Below are positions 61,490 to 64,000 of a stretch of DNA of 64,000 bases, in pieces (within the stretch, counting starts at the first letter, position 1; every line of letters starts with the position of its first letter). The position numbers and the translations under genes are program-made. Under the pieces are notes generated by a model, which worked only from the letters and a program-made list of their open reading frames with translations, searched no databases and was not told where the DNA came from. The stretch comes from Felis catus (Eukaryota), in contig NC_058368.1 of NCBI RefSeq assembly GCF_018350175.1, positions 134,108,001 through 134,172,000 of the forward strand, in the 5' to 3' direction.

Positions 61490-64000
61490 TTTATAACCTC
61501 TAGTAATGGTCTTATTGTTCCATCAATTAGAGAAAAAATTATTATCAGACTTACCTTTCCTCCGTTAGCAAATATAAAACTAGATGAAAGATTTGAAGCA
61601 ACCTTTTTTAAGGCATTGGAAACTAGACTGCACAGATCTGTGATCCTTAAAAGAAGGGAAATAAACAAGATGAGCTCCCTATGCACTCCGGCTTTTTCAT
61701 GTGAGGGCACTTCCCAAGTGATGACACGTGGAAGAAGAACCTGCATGGAAAATAGCTCTCTTGCTGGACAAAGGAAGTAGACTGCAAAATTTATAGGGTG
61801 TTGAAACTTGCAAGGTAGGATACTAGAGTGTAGGATGCTATGTAGAGAAGAAATATCAGAAATCTGATTTTGTGTTTCTTTGAGTCTTTAGCTGACTATG
61901 CATATATAGTGAAACTCTGCCAGTTCTCGCAGAAAATAGTTACTGATGGCTTTTAGCTGAATGGATATTCTGAAGATAGCATAGGGTTGGGAAAAGTTGG
62001 AAATCCCAATATTCAGAGGGAACATACCTCAGTGAACATATTAGGTGTTTAGTTGAGATGCCATAAAGGCCATGCATTAGGAATAAGCTACTTTAACCCT
62101 ATAGGCAAGGTTACTGTATCCCTGCCCTAACAAAGCCTTCAGCAAATCCTTCTACTAATCAACTTAGTGCCTCCCAGGAAAAGAAAAGTTAACTAGCTTT
62201 AAGAGAAAAGAACAAGTTCTAGACTTGCAGCGATGTAGCACTCAACAGCATCCAAGTGATAACAAAACATTATTAGACAAATGAAGAAACAGGAAAATGT
62301 AAACCTAATAAGGAGAAAAACAGTCAATAAAACAGACCCAGAGATGACATAGATATTTGAATTGTGAGACAACATTTTGAAAAACTCTTATAGATGTTAG
62401 ATGATTTAAAAGAGCTTAATGAGCCAACCCAGGGAAAATCTCAGCAGAGAAACAGAAATTATAAAAATAACCAATGAAAGCACTTGTGCTAAAAAAGACA
62501 TCATTTACAAGGAAAAATTCACTGAGTCAGCTTATTATCTGTTTGGCAACAGCAGGAGAAAAATCACTGAATTTTATGTTTGGACACTAGAAATGATATA
62601 AATGGAAGCATAACAAAGAAAAAACTTTAAAAATGGATTTAACCACGTTTAGGGCAATATCAAACAATATAACAGTGTAAGTTGGACTTTTGGTAAAAGA
62701 GTATGGAGAGATTGGGAAAGGAAGATATTTGAAGATGTAATATCAAAACTCTTTCAAATTTCATGAAAAATACCAATCAACAGATCTAAGAATATCTGCA
62801 AACCCCAAGTAAAATAAACATAAAGAAAATAACATGTGGGCACAGCATAGTCAAGTTTCTGAAAGTCAAACATAAAGAAAATATCTACAGGAGAAAAGAC
62901 ATATAAAGTAGAACTATGTTCAGAAATACTGTTGACTTCATGGAAAACAGTGCATGCCAGAAGTCAGTTAGTGACATCTTTAAAGTACTGAAAGAAAAAG
63001 GTAAACCTAGAGTTCTCACCTCAATGAAAATATCCTTCAGAACATAAGGTGAAATACCAACTTTAAAAACAAGCAAAAGCAGAGTTAACCAGCAATGTTA
63101 AAGGTAGTTATTCAGACCCAAGGGAAATGATATCGGGTGGAGTCACAGATCCACATGAAGATACACAGGATGCCAAAAAAGTAAATACTTGGATAACGGG
63201 AACTACTTGGTATGAGTAATTCCTTAACTTCTTTACAAGATTCCTAAAGTATATGATAGTAGCACACAGAAATCGTATATGTGTATTTGCATGTTTTGAA
63301 TGAAACTACCAACCCACTTAGCCAAATTGGTATTTATAGATCACTTCAGCTAAAGACTCACAACACAGGTCCTTTTTCATGGTACATAGAACATTCATCA
63401 AGCTAGATCATAGGATGAGCCGTAAAATTATTACCAATAAGTTCCAAAAAATTGAAACCTTGGTGACTACAGTAGAATCATACTAGAAATCAACAACTAG
63501 TCATATGGGATGACTCCATTTTTCTGAAATTCTAGTACAGCCAAAACTATTCTATGGAGGAAGAGATCAGTGCTGTTGTTGCTTCTTTGGGGGATGTGTA
63601 GGAACTGACTGGGAAGAGGCATTCAGGGAAAGTTCTCAGGCGATGGAAATGTTCTCATATTGTGACCTAGGTAATGGCTATACAATATCAATAAAAAAAA
63701 TACATAGTCTGGCAGAAAATATTTACAAAACATAAATCTGACAAGTTCTTACATCAAGAGTATATAAAGAATTCCTATGGCTCAATAGAAAGAAGACAAA
63801 TTGCCCTATTAAAAATTGGGCAAAAGACTTGAAACAGACATTTCACAAAGGGAAATGTATGAATGGCCTGTATAAATATGAAAAAGTCATCAGTGCAGTT
63901 AGTCATCAGGGAAATGCAGAGTAAAACCGCAATGAGATACGACTACATACTGACTTAGTTGGCTAAAATTAAAAAGACTGATCACAGCTACTTGTGCTGA
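61490..64000 (+). mobile_element. Old L1M fragments (5' region, decayed ORF1, pieces of ORF2 and 3' end), continuing past the window edge
   Basis: A-rich; gaaaatctcagcagagaaacagaaattata, gacatctttaaagtactgaaagaaaa, aaaattgggcaaaagacttgaaacagacatttcacaaag, agtcatcagggaaatgca. Confidence 0.8.

Noticed and set aside
1..64000. CRISPR arrays, operons or other prokaryotic/defence systems; CpG-island promoter; numt
   Set aside because: Mammalian repeat-rich DNA with no regularly spaced repeat-spacer array, no gene-dense region, no CpG-rich stretch outside young SINEs, and nothing resembling mitochondrial genes

Overview
Mammalian nuclear DNA, almost certainly from a felid/feliform carnivore. The evidence is ~24 Can-SINEs (tRNA-derived head GGGGCGCCTGGGTGGCTCAGTCGGTT, mostly with the feliform-type GAGCCTGGAGCCTG insert, a (CT)n tract and an A tail) and young carnivore L1 3' ends. 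The window is AT-rich, CpG-poor and repeat-dense, i.e. intergenic or deep intronic. I cannot support any intact protein-coding gene or RNA gene. Every ORF with recognisable protein similarity is a decayed L1 ORF2 or ERVL integrase fragment; the rest are SINE/microsatellite read-throughs or chance ORFs. Content: Can-SINEs with readable TSDs, several 5'-truncated L1s, ancient L2/MIR/L1M fragments, hAT MITEs (MER5, MER58, MER63-like), an MLT2 solo LTR, an ERVL integrase-PPT-LTR16 remnant, an LTR nested in a MER21-like LTR, and microsatellites. I found no novel biological system. The best observations are footprints of retrotransposition and repair: (1) an L1 with a twin-priming 5' inversion plus a probable 3' transduction; (2) two head-to-head SINEs that apparently used the same TT|AA nick on opposite strands; (3) tandem SINEs with a triplicated TSD; (4) a 51-bp non-TE duplication 1.6 kb apart; (5) a patchwork templated insertion inside an L1. 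Repeat subfamily names come from my recall of consensus sequences and need RepeatMasker/Dfam confirmation; boundaries of old elements are approximate.
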